A stretch of 64,000 nucleotides of DNA, taken from the NCBI RefSeq assembly GCF_963853765.1, contig NC_088859.1:49476001-49540000 (forward strand), in the 5' to 3' direction. Source of the stretch: Magallana gigas (lineage: Eukaryota). This document shows positions 1-14,220 of the stretch, piece by piece (the stretch's first letter is position 1; each line of letters opens with the position of its first letter). The notes below the pieces were generated by a model. The model saw only the letters and a program-made list of their open reading frames with translations, was not told the origin of the DNA and ran no database searches. The translations under genes and the position numbers were made by a program.

Positions 1-760
1 CCAACTTGTCAGAGAGATTCATTTCATTGTTTGCAATTATCATCATCTTTTTTAATATAACTTAAAAATAAATTTGACGAAATACATCTATTTTATGATG
101 CATATAATTGATTCAATGTAAATATAATTTTCTTAGCATGAGAACGATTAAAATAAGCGATGAGATCAAAGACAAGACATAGCGTTAGCCTCCCGCCATT
201 AGCCGTACATCGTATCAGATAATCAGGTTAAAACTCGTCAAAATTTTGTTTCAATTAGGGGAGCTTGGAATGTTTCTACGTAAAACAAGGCTTCTTCCTC
301 CGATCCGTTCCAGGTGGCTCGGTATTTTGGCGGTGTATTAACATTGCATGATTCGGGGTCACTGTCGGTGAACTACGAAACAAACACCTTCCTGGTCATG
401 TGTCCAACGCCCCCTTATTAAAACAATTTTGTCGGACAGAGCAACTCCATCGGAAGTAAAGGAGAAAGTATACTGGAACAAGGTATAAATTCCCGACAGA
501 GAGTTTTGGGTACTATTGTTTTGGAACAGGGACAATTGAAGGCAATGATTCGGTAAATTAGGACAAAAAACAGCTACTTGGTTATCTAGGTATCGTCAAT
601 GCGCAGTAATAGTGGAGGTTTTTGTTGGTTTATTAATTAATGGTCTCTCCTAGTGAATGCCACAAACAAAATATGTCAAAAATGTGTGTTTTCTTCAGAC
701 CTTCTTGAAATTGATTGCAGTATTATCTGTGGAAAGTCGTGACACTGGCTGGTCTAAACT

Positions 761-1092
761 AGGATGTATTCACACATGACATGATGTAGAAATCATGGCA
801 AAGCCAGTAAGTCTTCAAACATGACATGATGTAGAAATCATGGCAAAGCCGGGAAGTATTCACACATGACATGATGTAGAAATCATGGCAAAGACAGGAA
901 GTATTCACACATGACATGATGTAGAAATCATGGCAAAGCCAGGAAGTATTCAAACATGACATGATGTAGAAATCATGACATGATGTAGAAATCATGGCAA
1001 AGTCGGGAAGTATTCACACATGACATGATGTAGAAATCATGGCAAAGCCAGGAAGTATTCAAACATGACATGATGTAGAAATCATGGCAAAG
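761..1092. repeat. 45-bp minisatellite, about 7 units
   Basis: Unit ATTCACACATGACATGATGTAGAAATCATGGCAAAGCCAGGAAGT; explains the 15-aa periodic ORF 759..995. Confidence 0.95.
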
Positions 1093-4000
1093 CTATTAAG
1101 CCCAGGTATCATAATCTCAAGTAACATCTGATAAAGCTGTATCTGTATTCCTTTCCAGGTATCCAGGTAAAATAGTTTCTCTTCCATAGCCGATCATTTG
1201 CCAGAAAATAATGTTATACGTCATCATGTCCAGGGGATGACTGCATAGGTATGATTGTGGGCCAACACGTAACTCTCATCTTAATGAAGCCATTACCCCT
1301 ACACTGTTTCAGACTCAAAGATTTTGAATATTGTTGCATGCTGGCAAATTTAGTTTCACGTTCCCAATTACCGAAATGACAAATGAATACCCACAAGGTT
1401 ACATCGAGGAATACAACGTTCTGGCAAAAGGACAACAAAGTTACGCCGACGTTTCCTCTTTGACATTGCTTCACTGCTTTAATTTTAAAAAAAATCTTGA
1501 CTGCTTACGTTAGCTGTACATACTCAGTACACACATTAACATTTTTGTATTTCAGTGAAAATTCTGACAAGCGCCATGACAGGAAGCATACATCATTGTG
1601 TAGCCTCTTTTTCGTTCTCCTTCAACTTCGTCTCTAGCTTGTTCTGTATACTCTGACGTCTTAACTCCAAGTTTCATTTATATGTATGTGACTTTTCCTT
1701 CTTTCATTTAACTGTTTAAGCTACTGTCTTGCTGATCCTGTTTATACATGTATTTATCCAATTCTCTCAGACTTGACGTTATTCGGTTGAAATGACGCAT
1801 TGCAAACTGCGAAATTTTACCAGAGATGAGTCTTTTGTTTTGGTTAATAGTCGATGACCCGTCACATATTCTCCATAAAGACTCTATATATTATCAACAT
1901 TCCATTGTCATTGCTTGCATGACTTCCGCGGTTCAATTATGAATGAATGATGCATGTGTATTTTCTTTCACCGTACACGCGCTGACTGATTTATAACCTC
2001 AGTGCTTCTCCTACATATGTATGGAAGATATGTACATTCAATCTTTTGAATAATAATGAATTTATATCAATTAAACCATGTTATTAGCAATATGTTTGCA
2101 AAACACATCCATTGTAACGCGTTCTTCGTAGCGCCATCTATACTCAGCACGAGGTCCAAATCTAATTATCATTTCAAGTGTTAATTCTATTTTATCATAA
2201 ATATCAAGATTTTTCTGGATAAAATTGATAATTGAGTTCTTCAGACATTAGAAAGCACGATTAGTATTTAAGATAAGCTGGACAAGATTCTAATTGGAAT
2301 CCTTCATTTGTATATTAATGAGGACATTCCTGACTTTGCGGTGTTTACTTCAACACGTGTTTATTTGATAATCGTCACAACAAACCAACAGTTCCCTCTC
2401 AAACTCGGTCTTTTTGGTTAACAAACTTCCCGGGTGTCGATCAGAGAATGCTGTGGACCCAGGCCTGTGTTTACTTAGTGCCTCTCAGTGCGGAATGTGC
2501 TGGGGTCCGGACTTTGGGCCCTGATAATTTCTTTGCAGTCATTTCAGCTGTTTATATAAATGTAACTGATTTGTTTTTAATCTCGACACCCCACTTCATA
2601 GTTTGGAAAACAGGTATCAATATGAATCTAAGATTGTGCGATACAAGACACTTGAGGACCCGAACTGGCTAACTTTACAGGTATGCCCCTCTCGCCACAG
2701 CGGGGACCAAGTCAACTTTTACATAGGATACAGGGACAGCCACACAAACACGAGAAAACTCGTCAATCCGCGATAAACGCTTTATGTAGCAATGCTTCAA
2801 CAAACTCCAAAAGACGTGTGGACAAAAATTGCCGAAAAATGCGTAAAAAATATCCATTTACTCGTTATAAAACCTTCACAAATACGTGAAATTATTAAAT
2901 TAAATTATGCATGCTATATTCACCGAAATAATTTATCCTTGAGTTTTATGAAAGTAAATGTTTTGAAATGAATTATTCATACACGAATATGACTTGCAAT
3001 CCAGCTAAATTTCTTTCCAATCTCAATCTTTCTCCCAGTCAGCTACTGAATTAAGAGTTTGATAAACTATTTGTTTATCTTTTCTTACGTAATTATTCAT
3101 CCATTTATTTATTCATATTTTTTTGACTTTTTATACAACTTGGAGTTGGGAGAATGTGTTGGTATAGTACGTAATTTCACTGAAGATAATAGTCGGAATG
3201 GTTCAATCAAACTGTTTGTTGTTGGTGCACGTCCAATTTAGAGCAATCGCTGGAAAACTCCGCCGGAAAACTGTGATACATTCGTTCACGCGCGGTTGGG
3301 TTCTTAGGAACAAGTTAATATAATTTATCTGACAGACATTCTGAAAAAACAACTAATGCTTTTGAAGCTGTTAAATGTTCTTGAAATATGACAGGGGCAT
3401 ACATTATTTAGTATTTAGTCTAAAACCCTGATTCATTCAGCCATTCCACAGAGGAAAGTGGTCCACAGTAAAGGGGAATCGTTGTTATCAAGTTTAGATT
3501 AACATATGAAAGTTTTATACACATTTCACGTAATTAAATTTGCATAAATGGTTTTAATGTGTTTTTCTCTAGTAAACCTTTGGGGGGTTTTCTAATTAAA
3601 CAATATAGAATTGAAACTCTTTTTCTATTACTAATTTACCTTGTCTAATTATTTTGTTCCTGTTTGTGTTAACCCCTCCTGATAAATGGCCCTATCAATT
3701 ACTTTACTACATAGCAAATTGTAAATTAACGAAAAACAATAACAGAATTGAAGAACGGCATGCTAATTTTAAATGATACATTAATAGAAAACTGCATGTT
3801 CCAGTTATAGACATCGGAATTAATGATGATAAACTTGGACGTCGATTTTTTTACGTTGCATATTACTATTGTAAGAAAAGGAGTGGGTTGAAAACTGCAA
3901 TACAGAATAACATATGAAAATTACAGAACCATACCGGGAATATATTAAAAGAATCTGCTTTAATTTTGCCGAAAGACAGGGTGGACACCCCCTGCCCCTT

Positions 4001-4803
4001 TTGCATACAAGAAATTGGGTCTTATACCATCCGGTTATTCTGAGATACCTCATTGGGTCATCCGTGACACCCATGTGTTAAAATGACATGGAATTCTTCA
4101 CAATAGACGCCGGAATAAACACTTTATTTAGCAGGCCGTATCGAACTCCTTGCTCCAATTACCATCACAACTTTCTCAATGGATGACGGGTCTAATTTAC
4201 ATTTTCACAGCTTTATAAAAGAGATTTTATTACTCGCATCTTCAATAATGATTAAGTCAGCCACGTTATAAAAACTTCACAATAGCATGACACTTATCAA
4301 AATATTCATTGGGATTGTTAAATTAATTTCCTTAAGACCAAAGATAGAACAAACAGAGAAAAGGAATGACGGTCGAAGTTGGGACACACTTATTTTACAA
4401 ACAGGATCAAATCTACATGAACTACTGAAAGCAGTTTTAATTTCCCTGCAAAAGTCATCCCTGTTTTATGTTGTTTTGCAATTATGGATACCAACAATTG
4501 GACGGGACTCCATCAATATGTGGACTCGAGTTACAACAGACGACCGAGGAACTTGATCTGTCGTCTGCTGCACAGGGTGCATATGGCGGGAACGCAGATG
4601 TAATCTGGTGTCAAACTAACTGTCAACAGCCTTGTATAAATGTGTACCCAAGTAATCAATTTGTTGATAAGTTGTAAACTTAGCGTAATGATATCCTCCT
4701 TATGTACATATGAACCATGTTAAGGTCATTGATCATGTCGTTTTAGCGGATATAAAGCTATTAAATTTATTTTTAAAAACAAATACTATAGATAGCATCA
4801 TCA

Positions 4804-4807
<4 letters not shown>

Positions 4808-4840
<33 letters not shown>
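4808..4840. repeat. (CT)n microsatellite
   Basis: Direct reading. Confidence 0.95.
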
Positions 4841-4844
<4 letters not shown>

Positions 4845-5966
4845 ATAGGATGATTTTCAGGGCAGCTTGGTTTTGAATACAAGAAGAATAGAATGTTCAC
4901 TTTGTTGTTTAAGTTGTTTAATGGTTTCACAATTTCAAGACATTGTTTTTTGAACAGTTTAAGGAAGTAACTAGATTAGAACACGCCGTCTCCTGTCCAA
5001 CTGGTCCGCTCGGCGGATATTTTAATGACTTGATTTTGACCTCCAGGGACATTTATACTCACGGAGACAGGTTTATTCAGATTTACGTCTCAGTATACAC
5101 ACTTTAACCTGGCCGAAGGCTTTCCTCACAATCGTCTGTTAATTACTTATACCTAATATAGTAATTGATGCTTTCATTGCACTGCAATGTTACGAATTGC
5201 TTACAGACACACGGACAAAGGACTGCGATGCGATGTTAGAGATAACCGACTTTAACAAGGGAGAAATACGCAAACTTGTGGATAGGAAAACGAATTAACA
5301 AACTTCTCTTTCGAGTGTTAGGTAAATATTCATTTGTAATTTTAAATTTTCAAAGGGGTCTACTTTTAATTCACTGAAAGAGTTTGCCAATCTGCCTTGA
5401 TATCACCTTATCTATTGCGTAACCAAAAGTTCGCAAGAACTTGTTCCAGTATATCATCTTTTAATGGAATTTTCAACTAAATGGTAAATCTATTTAATAA
5501 CAGGGGACAATGATAGATTGCCCTGGATCATGACCTTTCAATAAAAACACGAAGATAGACAATTACCATGGCCCCGGGCGTACCGCTGACATAGTTCTCG
5601 TGGCCCTGTGGCCTGCGAACATTTTGAGTGACCATCGCCTGCATGATACGAGTATAGGGTACCCTCATCGATCAGCCCCAATTGTAACTAACTACACGTG
5701 GAGAGTGACCCGGGTTATCTCTTTTTTCTTGGTATCTCTTTACGAATTAAATCTTTTAATACTTTTATTAAATCCAAGACGTGTGAAGTGAAATTATCAA
5801 ATATGATGTTTGTTCAGAAGATTATATCGCAATCCTTTCATCTCCTCACAACCCTCTTACTTTACGAGCTTATAAAGAATTCAGCTAAAATTAGAGAAAG
5901 ACAAATGTGACATATGTAAATGTACGACTCTCTGTCAGTGAGAGAAGGCCGTGGTATAGTCCTTAC

Positions 5967-6367
5967 CTCTCAGACTTGGAGTGCTTTTTGTTGTTTGCTT
6001 TCACCAGATCCTTGGGGCTGTGGGGTTCGGCAGAGATTCCCTGGGCCCTCTGTTTCCTGGGTCGGGCCGTGACCTTCAAGGACTGGGGAAGCACCGACTG
6101 GTACTTGTCCAGTTGACTCCGGAGCTGGGTAATCACATCGTCCCGGTCATGGATCTTCTTCTGGAGTTCTCGGATCTTCTCGTCCTTGCTCCGGATCAAG
6201 GCCTGTAGCTCCTGCAGGCTGCCCATCTTCACATTGTTATTATCCTTTTCGTGACCCACGTGTAGGGAGGGGCCAACCACCCCACGGGGCAGCTTGTCAT
6301 CCTCCAACACACGAGGGGAGAGGTTCCCCTTGTGTAAATTTCTATTTTCGTCCGTTTTCACACTCAT
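5967..6367 (-). CDS. PRKG1: cGMP-dependent protein kinase (PKG I-like), first coding exon; rest of the gene lies left of the window
   Basis: Leucine zipper followed by LDKYQSVLP..PRKQRAQGISAEP..KSER matches the PKG I-alpha N-terminus (CQSVLP..PRTTRAQGISAEP..KSER). Donor AG|GTAAGG at 5966-5965. Start is either ATG 6367 or ATG 6226 (MGSLQEL). Confidence 0.9.
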
Positions 6368-8744
6368 CAGAATAGAACTTGCATATAGTAGGAAAGATAT
6401 AAATTAACAAAGCCCCGTGAAGAAGCCAGAAAGATAAACTCCAGTGTATACACACTCCGTGAATTTCCTCCACAACATAAGCTCCATCATGAAAATAAAT
6501 TATAAATCTCTATTTCCGCTGTACGGCAACGCGTACACAGGTGATTGCATCTGGCCATCTCCACAGAGTCAACCTTTTTTTTTCATTGTTGTCACATGAC
6601 CTGTGGAGTTGCTCGTTATCAAGAGCAGGTAATGTATCACCTGTATATATATAGCCGCCAATTTTACCTGTACATTTGCTGTCTTGGGCCTGAAAATACG
6701 GGAGTCCTGATTAGATAATTACCTAGATCTCCAAGAGAAGACAGTACTTAATCGAAAACTACAAAGACTTGTAATCTTCGATACGTTTGAGAGGAATGTG
6801 TGACAACGTTTTGGAAGCGCTTGTAACCACCATGTATGCGCTAGGTTCCTGGCTGGATCCAGGGACTCGGGCCCTGCTGATAGTGTTTGTAATGAAACAG
6901 TTCCGTTTGTATATAAAATATTTCAAGTCTTTCCAATGAGTCTTCTCAGGAACTGCGCTGGTTTTATTTTTAGGCGCCCTGCTCATTAATTTCTTGGTTC
7001 CTTTATCTTTGAAACATCACTGAAACACAAATAAGCAATGAGGTAGATGGAAACGGACGTTTCTCGTTTAAGCCCAATTTGAGCACAAATAGTAATTTTC
7101 AGTGGCTTTATGAAAATATAAGCGTTTTAATTTTAAAACTCTTTTTTCAAAAAGGAAATTGAACGAATTAGGTGCAGAATGCCTAGTTCCCTGGGGGTTT
7201 GCATATTACATCAGAGAATCATGTGTTGACAACGATTTGGTGTTCAGCGAATGGGAAAACGATCGAATCTTCCATTGTCGAAAGCTTACCGCAACATGTG
7301 TCCTGGATATAGCTGATGAATAAATAAATAAAGTTGTCGTCGGACCCCAGGTTTTCTTCAGGGCTGACTTTAATTGAGACGGCATCATCTAACACATGTA
7401 TTACGACTCAGTTTGAATGACTTGTTCAATTTCTGTAGTCGGTTTACTTGATTTTCGCATGAAACTGTAGACGATCCTTTACACATATTAGCATTTTTAT
7501 TTATCTGCAAAGCTCTTCTTATTGTATTGCAATTGTTGAAGTAACTGATATAAAGAGTTTTGATGTTATCATTCATGTGAATGTATAGATATAAACTTAT
7601 CATTAAAAAGCCACAAAATCTCAGCTCCATTTTCATTTTTGTCTTTTGAAAAGTTTCAGCAGGACTATTAAATCTGAGGTAATGTTGATCAGATAGTAGA
7701 AAAAAAATGAGCAAATAACATTTTATTTTCATTTCAAACTTAATGATGATAAAGACATGTTACTTTTTTTCTTTACTTGAGACAAATCGCGGACGTTCTT
7801 ATACTTCCCTGGAAGTACACAACAACATTTTTGATCCACTGAAATTAATCTTTGAATATGTTCATTGATATTCAATATTTAGAATTCAAAGAGTTGTTCT
7901 ACGATTCAAAATTTTATACATAAAGATGAGGAGATGCATCGTTCGTGGTAGAAAGATTTGCTCTCTTCAAATTTCTTTCCTGTGTTTATTTATTTAATTT
8001 TAAATGCCTGTTCCATGAAACATCAATATATGTCTTTCAGAATCACCAATTAAAACTTATGTATATTCATTTTCCCTTCATATAGACGACTGAAAATTTT
8101 AATCAGGAGAAAAACAAAATAAAGTCAGTTTTTCTTCAAAAGTTCAGTTGACCTGAGATTTTATCATTATGTCCTTGTCTTGTATGATGTGATAATACAG
8201 GCCTTTGAAGATATGTGTCAGGTGGTTATTTGGGAAAAGCAGAAGCTGATTATAAAAATATCAATTAAAATTTAATTTAGATAATTATAGATGTTGCCGT
8301 AGTTGTGATACTATTTGCAAATGTCTCTGCTTTCCTCAAGGGATTATTTACTTCATCATTACAAGGCAATTTCATCCTCGTTTCAAACAAGTCATGACAG
8401 CGGCCCCAATATCAGATATACAACAAAAAACATTCAACCTAACAAAACATAAAAAATAAACTACTAGTTTAGTACCTTTGCATATTTTGTACCTTGTGCT
8501 CTTAATGTTATATATCAACAGGTGCGTGATCAGTTACAATGTCGGTGTAATCAATGCAACATCAATGACAATTTATTATTTATTTCATAAATAACTTCAA
8601 AGATAGATCCCATGTAATAATTTATATTTCTTAGCTTCAAAGCTGGATTAATTAGGTCAAGTACTAATATATATATTTTTTTCAAGTATAACGCAGGGTT
8701 CACCTTGTATCATCCTTATCGCACTTTGCAGTACATCAGCCTGT

Positions 8745-10135
8745 CTAGTGTACCTTATACAAAGTATTGTCTAGAGTACAGGATACAAAGTATGATATAA
8801 TGTACATGACACAAAAAAAGTCTAGTGTACAGGATACAAAGTATGATTTAATGTACATGTCACAAAAATAGTCTAGAGTACAGACTACAAAGTATGATAT
8901 AGTGTACCTTATACAAAAATAGTCTAGAGTACAGGATACAACGTATACTATAATGTACATGACACAAAAATAGTCTAGTGTACAGGATACAAAGTATGAT
9001 TTAGTGTACATGTCACAAAAATAGTCTAGAGTACAGGATACAAAGTATGATATAATGTTATTGACACAATAATAGTCCAGAGAACGGGATACAAATTATG
9101 ATATAATGTACATGACACAAAAATAGTCTAGTGTACAGGATACAAAGTATGATATAATGTACATGACACAAAATATAGTTTCGTGTACAGGATACAAAGT
9201 ATGATATAGTGTACATGACACAAAAATAGTCTAGTGTACAGGATACAAAGTATGATATAATGTACACAATAATAGTCCAGAGTACAGGATACAAAGTATG
9301 ATATAGTGTACATGACACAAAAATAGTCCAGAGTACAGGATACAAAGTATGATACAATGTATATGACACAATAATAGTCTAGAATACAGGATACAAAGTA
9401 TGATATAATGTTATTGACACAATAATAGTCCAGAGAACGGGATACAAATTATGATATAATGTACATGACACAAAAATAGTCTAGTGTACAGGATATACAG
9501 TATGATATAATGTACATGACACAAAAATAGTCTAGAGTACAGGATACAAAGTATGATATAATGTACATGACACAAAAATAGTCCAGAGTACAGGATACAA
9601 AGTATGATATAGTGTACATGACACAAAAATAGTCCAGAGTAGAGGATACAAAGTATGATACAATGTATATGACACAATAATAGTCTAGAATACAGGATAC
9701 AAAGTATGATACAATGCACATGACACAATAATAGTCTAGAATACAGGATACAAAGTATGATACAATGTACATGACACAAAAATAGTCTAGTATACAGGAT
9801 ACAAAGTATGATATAGTGTTCATGATACAAAAATAGTCCAGAGTACAGGATACAAAGTATGATATAGTGTACATGACACAAAAATAGTCCAGAGTAGAGG
9901 ATACAAAGTATGATACAATGTATATGACACAATAATAGTCTAGAATACAGGATACAAAGTATGATACAATGCACATGACACAATAATAGTCTAGAATACA
10001 GGATACAAAGTATGATACAATGTACATGACACAAAAATAGTCTAGTATACAGGATACAAAGTATGATATAGTGTTCATGATACAAAGTATAATGTAATGT
10101 ACATGTCACAAAAATAGTCTAGTGTACAGGATTCA
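8745..10135. repeat. 51-bp minisatellite, about 27 units
   Basis: Unit TAGTCTAGTGTACAGGATACAAAGTATGATATAATGTACATGACACAAAAA; 17-aa periodicity in the ORFs it generates. Confidence 0.95.
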
Positions 10136-11744
10136 AAGTAAAGTGTTATGTACAGTATACAACAAGATTGTATGATGATGGGATTAACGAGTTCACAGGT
10201 AGAACATCCCTTGTCAGACCTGTAAACACATACCGTTCTAGTACACCTCTTTATGGGTCTTATTTACAGTTTTATTCAAGGAGGTCACGAGTTTAATTAA
10301 GATAAATCTAATTCAACTTTATTGCCAAATAGCAACAAGAACTAAACTCAGCAATGGCGTGCCACATCACTTGTGCATGGTAGCGAGGTCTTGGAATGAA
10401 GTACCAAGTATCAATCGGTCTAGATATCTACATTCCAGTACGGGCAATGTTCCCTGTGTATGGTAGCCAAAAAAGTAACCAATCATCAACATATCAAGAT
10501 AACTATAGTCCAATCTGCACCTATATCAAAGGACCCAACATCTGACCAACGCATACAACCCGGTAAATCAACAATTGTGCCGTTTTACTTTTTATGGTTG
10601 ATAATGCGATCTAATAACCATTCGTTCATGTTCACTGTTTTATGCTAGTTAGTGTATAAAATGATGTTCATCATCTTCACTTCGTCTGCTTGTCTATCAT
10701 TAGATATGTTTGATTTGTACTCAGATATTATGGATATATATACTACGAAGAGCTTGTTTATTAAAAAACCTAACTTTCAACATCTTAGTAGTATTACAAA
10801 TGTAAATATTGTAATTAACTTCGAGAGATATTGATGAATAAATACTGTACTATATGATCACTTGATTTACGTAACAAAATTACTTGAAATTACGCAAAAT
10901 TTATCGTAATTACTGAAAAACACCGCAAAAACAAATAGTGTGGACGATAAATTGAAGGTGTTTATATCAAGTTTAAATAAACGGGCAAATGTATATCAGG
11001 AGAGTGCATGGTTTGGGACTGGTATTGGGGCTAGTAGGTACACGTAACTACACGTAACTATTGCTTGAACCTAATGTAGATAAAATCTCGTACAAACTGC
11101 ATGTAAGTCTGGCAGTAGATCACAGATAACGACTAATCCCAGAGCTTGTGGAGTTTTGGTGATTTCGGTGCAGTCTGTGCATTTCAATGCCCAGGTATAA
11201 TTGAGTTATTTACTCCCACCCCATCCAGCGCGTTTGAGAAGGAAACTCCTGAAAATACAAACTGTTATCAAATTGAGCTCCCAACATAACGTATCGGACG
11301 TGATTGATGCCAATTTGGTGGCTGTATAAGATAAAAGATGTTTTCAGAATGGAACAATGTACGATAAGAGTAGGAGAATCATTGCAAGCCTTTTCGGTCC
11401 CAAGGTTATGCACCAAAATTATAGAACAGGACGAAAACAGTCCTAAAGGAACACAGCAGTCCTACAGGAGCATAATATTTTTATATAACGAATACTACAC
11501 GTGAGGCAGACCTGCATCACTCAATAGTAAACATGCATGTATAGATATTAATGCAACGCGAATGTCAGTCTTCCAAATAACATGCGAACCAGCCGTTCAG
11601 TCAATATTTTTCTAAAAGAAAGAAGCACTGGTATTCTTTTTATTAGTCCTATTTGAATTGTCGTATTTATATCTACATGTATGTCATACAGGAATCTTTA
11701 AATCTGCTAGTCCTACAGAAGTATTTCAGTCCAATAGGCATCAG

Positions 11745-12200
11745 GAAAGACTATGCACATGTCAGTTCTGCAGTGAGTAGGAAAGACTGTATGTCAGTAT
11801 TTAAGTGATAAAAAAAAGACTGTATGTAAGTCCTGGAGTGATCAAGACAGACTGTATGTCAGTCCTAGTGTGATAATAAAGACAAAATGTCTGTCCAAGA
11901 GGGATCACCAAAGACCGTATGTCAATACTTTAGTGATCAGAAAAGACTGTATTTCTGTCCTGTAGATATAACGAACGACTGTATGTCAGTCCTAAAGTAA
12001 TCAGGAGAGACAGTCGGTCAGTACTATACTGATCGGATAAGACTGTATGTCAGTCATAAGACTGTATGTCAGTCATAGAGGGATCGTTGCAGCCTTTAGA
12101 TACTATACTGATCGGATAAGACTGTATGTCAGTCATAGAGGGATCGTTGCAGCCTTTAGAGATCACCACAGTATGCCTATTAGGGATAATAACTAGTAAC
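11745..12200. repeat. Degenerate ~30-bp tandem repeat with an internal duplication
   Basis: Recurrent AAGACTGTATGTCAGTC core. Confidence 0.75.
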
Positions 12201-12290
12201 AAAATGTTTTATCATTTATATAGTAATCACATAAGAGACTACAGTATATGCCGTCTACAATGTTAATGAAAAACTATATACAGGTCCTAT

Positions 12291-12383
12291 AGGGATCATC
12301 GCAGACTATATATTTGTTCTATAGGGATCATCGCAGACTATATATTTGTTCTATAGGGATCATCGCAGACTATATATTTGTTC
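12291..12383. repeat. 32-bp tandem repeat x3
   Basis: Unit AGGGATCATCGCAGACTATATATTTGTTCTAT. Confidence 0.9.
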
Positions 12384-12817
12384 GATTGCGATTATTACAA
12401 ACTAAACGTCATATTTTTTGTCTATTTAGTGTCGGTACTTTTTTATTTGGTACTGCATGGTTGGCGTTTTTCCTAGCGGATTCCATGAACCGAGTTTACC
12501 TTACTCTTATCAATCTTAACAGATGTTACTTTTGCTGTTAAAAGCAATGATTGAAAAACCGAGAAAATACAAACACCAGATGATGTACCAATAGTTAGCG
12601 GTACCACCGGGCATGATTTATTGTGGTTCGTGTCAGCTTCTCTAGGTTGATGCAAGCATGAGCATGGAAAGCGATTAAAACATTTCATGGCTCATACATT
12701 TGAAAATTGTTGCATACTTGTACTTATTTAAGATGCCTGACTTTTCCGATTCAAATCTCGATTACAATTAAAGTTTAAGCAAATATTACGAACCTTCTTA
12801 AAAATTTTACAATATAA

Positions 12818-13099
12818 TGATCAAGACGTCTTCTCACCTTATATGAAAATTTGCAACTTCTCGGGTCTTTCCGGAAAACTTGGGAAAACAGTTGTTTTTC
12901 CGCTTGTCGGAAAGACCAGAAAAATTACTTTTATGGAGTTTGTAAAAGGAGCAATTCGGAAGTGAGTTCGCAGTCTCGTTTTTTAGAGGCAAAAATGTTG
13001 TGCGTGTACATGAAATTACAAACGAGGCCGTGTACTCACTTCCGAATGGCTCCTTTCAAATATACAACATCTTTATATAAGGAGGAGACGTCTTGATCA
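12818..13099. mobile_element. MITE-like element, ~282 bp
   Basis: Imperfect ~28-bp terminal inverted repeats beginning TGATCAAGACGTCT and ending AGACGTCTTGATCA; no clear TSD. Confidence 0.65.
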
Positions 13100-14220
13100 A
13101 CTAACGTAAAAATTGACAAAAATAACACAAGATACCCACAATATAGAGGTTACATTTCCTGTTATTGGTTAATTGCAGGGTTAAATTGTATATCGTAATG
13201 ACTTTATACTAATTGACCACCAGCCAGTATTCAGTCTGCACGTTGAAGTCGACACTTTGTGAGTGTCTCTGTATATCCCACGTGATAGATTAGTGTGATC
13301 TCTGTTAGAGTCGATTCGCGGGTCTATTTCATGTGTGAGACAATATGTATGTATTTTCACGAGCACGAAGGATGATAGAAACCTGTAATAACTATAATTT
13401 TGACTAGAAATTAAAAAAAAAAATTATTCAAATATTTATAATGTGTGTTTTATTGGAAAAATCGCGGGAAATATGATAAGTTTACTTGTAAAATAGCGCA
13501 ATAATTTTACCTAAAGCGTCATTAAGATAATTAATTTAATTTTTATCTTATTTCTATATGATATTTTAACCACGTTTCACTTGTTATTGTTCTTTATCAT
13601 CTTTTAATTACCGTGTCCTAATTCAATTTTTTTTAAACTATTGATTTCCATGTATGATCACATTCATTTCTAATTTTTTGTTAGTGTAAAAATTTTGTTG
13701 TGTAACAAATATGTAAGCCAAGCTGTGACCTCGGCTCTCCGCGATACACTATACCATGTGGCTCACGCCGTCAAATTCTTCAACAGCGCGGATACGCTGT
13801 TGACAATGCAATAATGTGGGGAGTTGATACATATATCGGAAGTTTTAATGAGTCCAGAGCAAATAAAATAGACTACCGGGGACTCCAATACAATTATTTG
13901 TTAGAGATTCTCTGCATAGATTGGTGTAAGTGCGTCTCGGGACACCCCAACACCCCGTATCTAAGGTAACAACAAAACCATTCGTTGAAGATAAACGTGG
14001 TCTTTATCATAAATAAATATAATAGTTTTACAAAAATTTACATTAATTCATCACATTAAAACAAAATCTTGTTTAGATAGAACTCTACATTTTTGCAGGT
14101 AAATGTGGCGCTAACTAAACGTCTACCACTCAGAGACAGAATGACACACAGTGAAGTCAACATGTACAGATTTAACGTATCACAGATTGCTGTCCCAATC
14201 ACAGACACGCCTTTGTCTCC

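Noticed and set aside
1100-1950. Minus-strand fragments faintly like a B-box/coiled-coil (TRIM-like) pseudogene (YVTGHRLLTKTKDSSLV; IQNKLETKLKENEKE)
   Set aside because: Many stops and frame changes; the similarity is too weak to call without a profile search.
5207-5298. Plus-strand exon-like piece encoding ..MLEITDFNKGEIRKLVDRKTN, reminiscent of a calcium-sensor N-terminus
   Set aside because: Short, ends in a stop, and no linkable upstream or downstream exons were found.
8745-10109. Long Cys/His/Tyr-rich ORFs up to 232 aa
   Set aside because: Artefacts of a stop-free 51-bp repeat unit.
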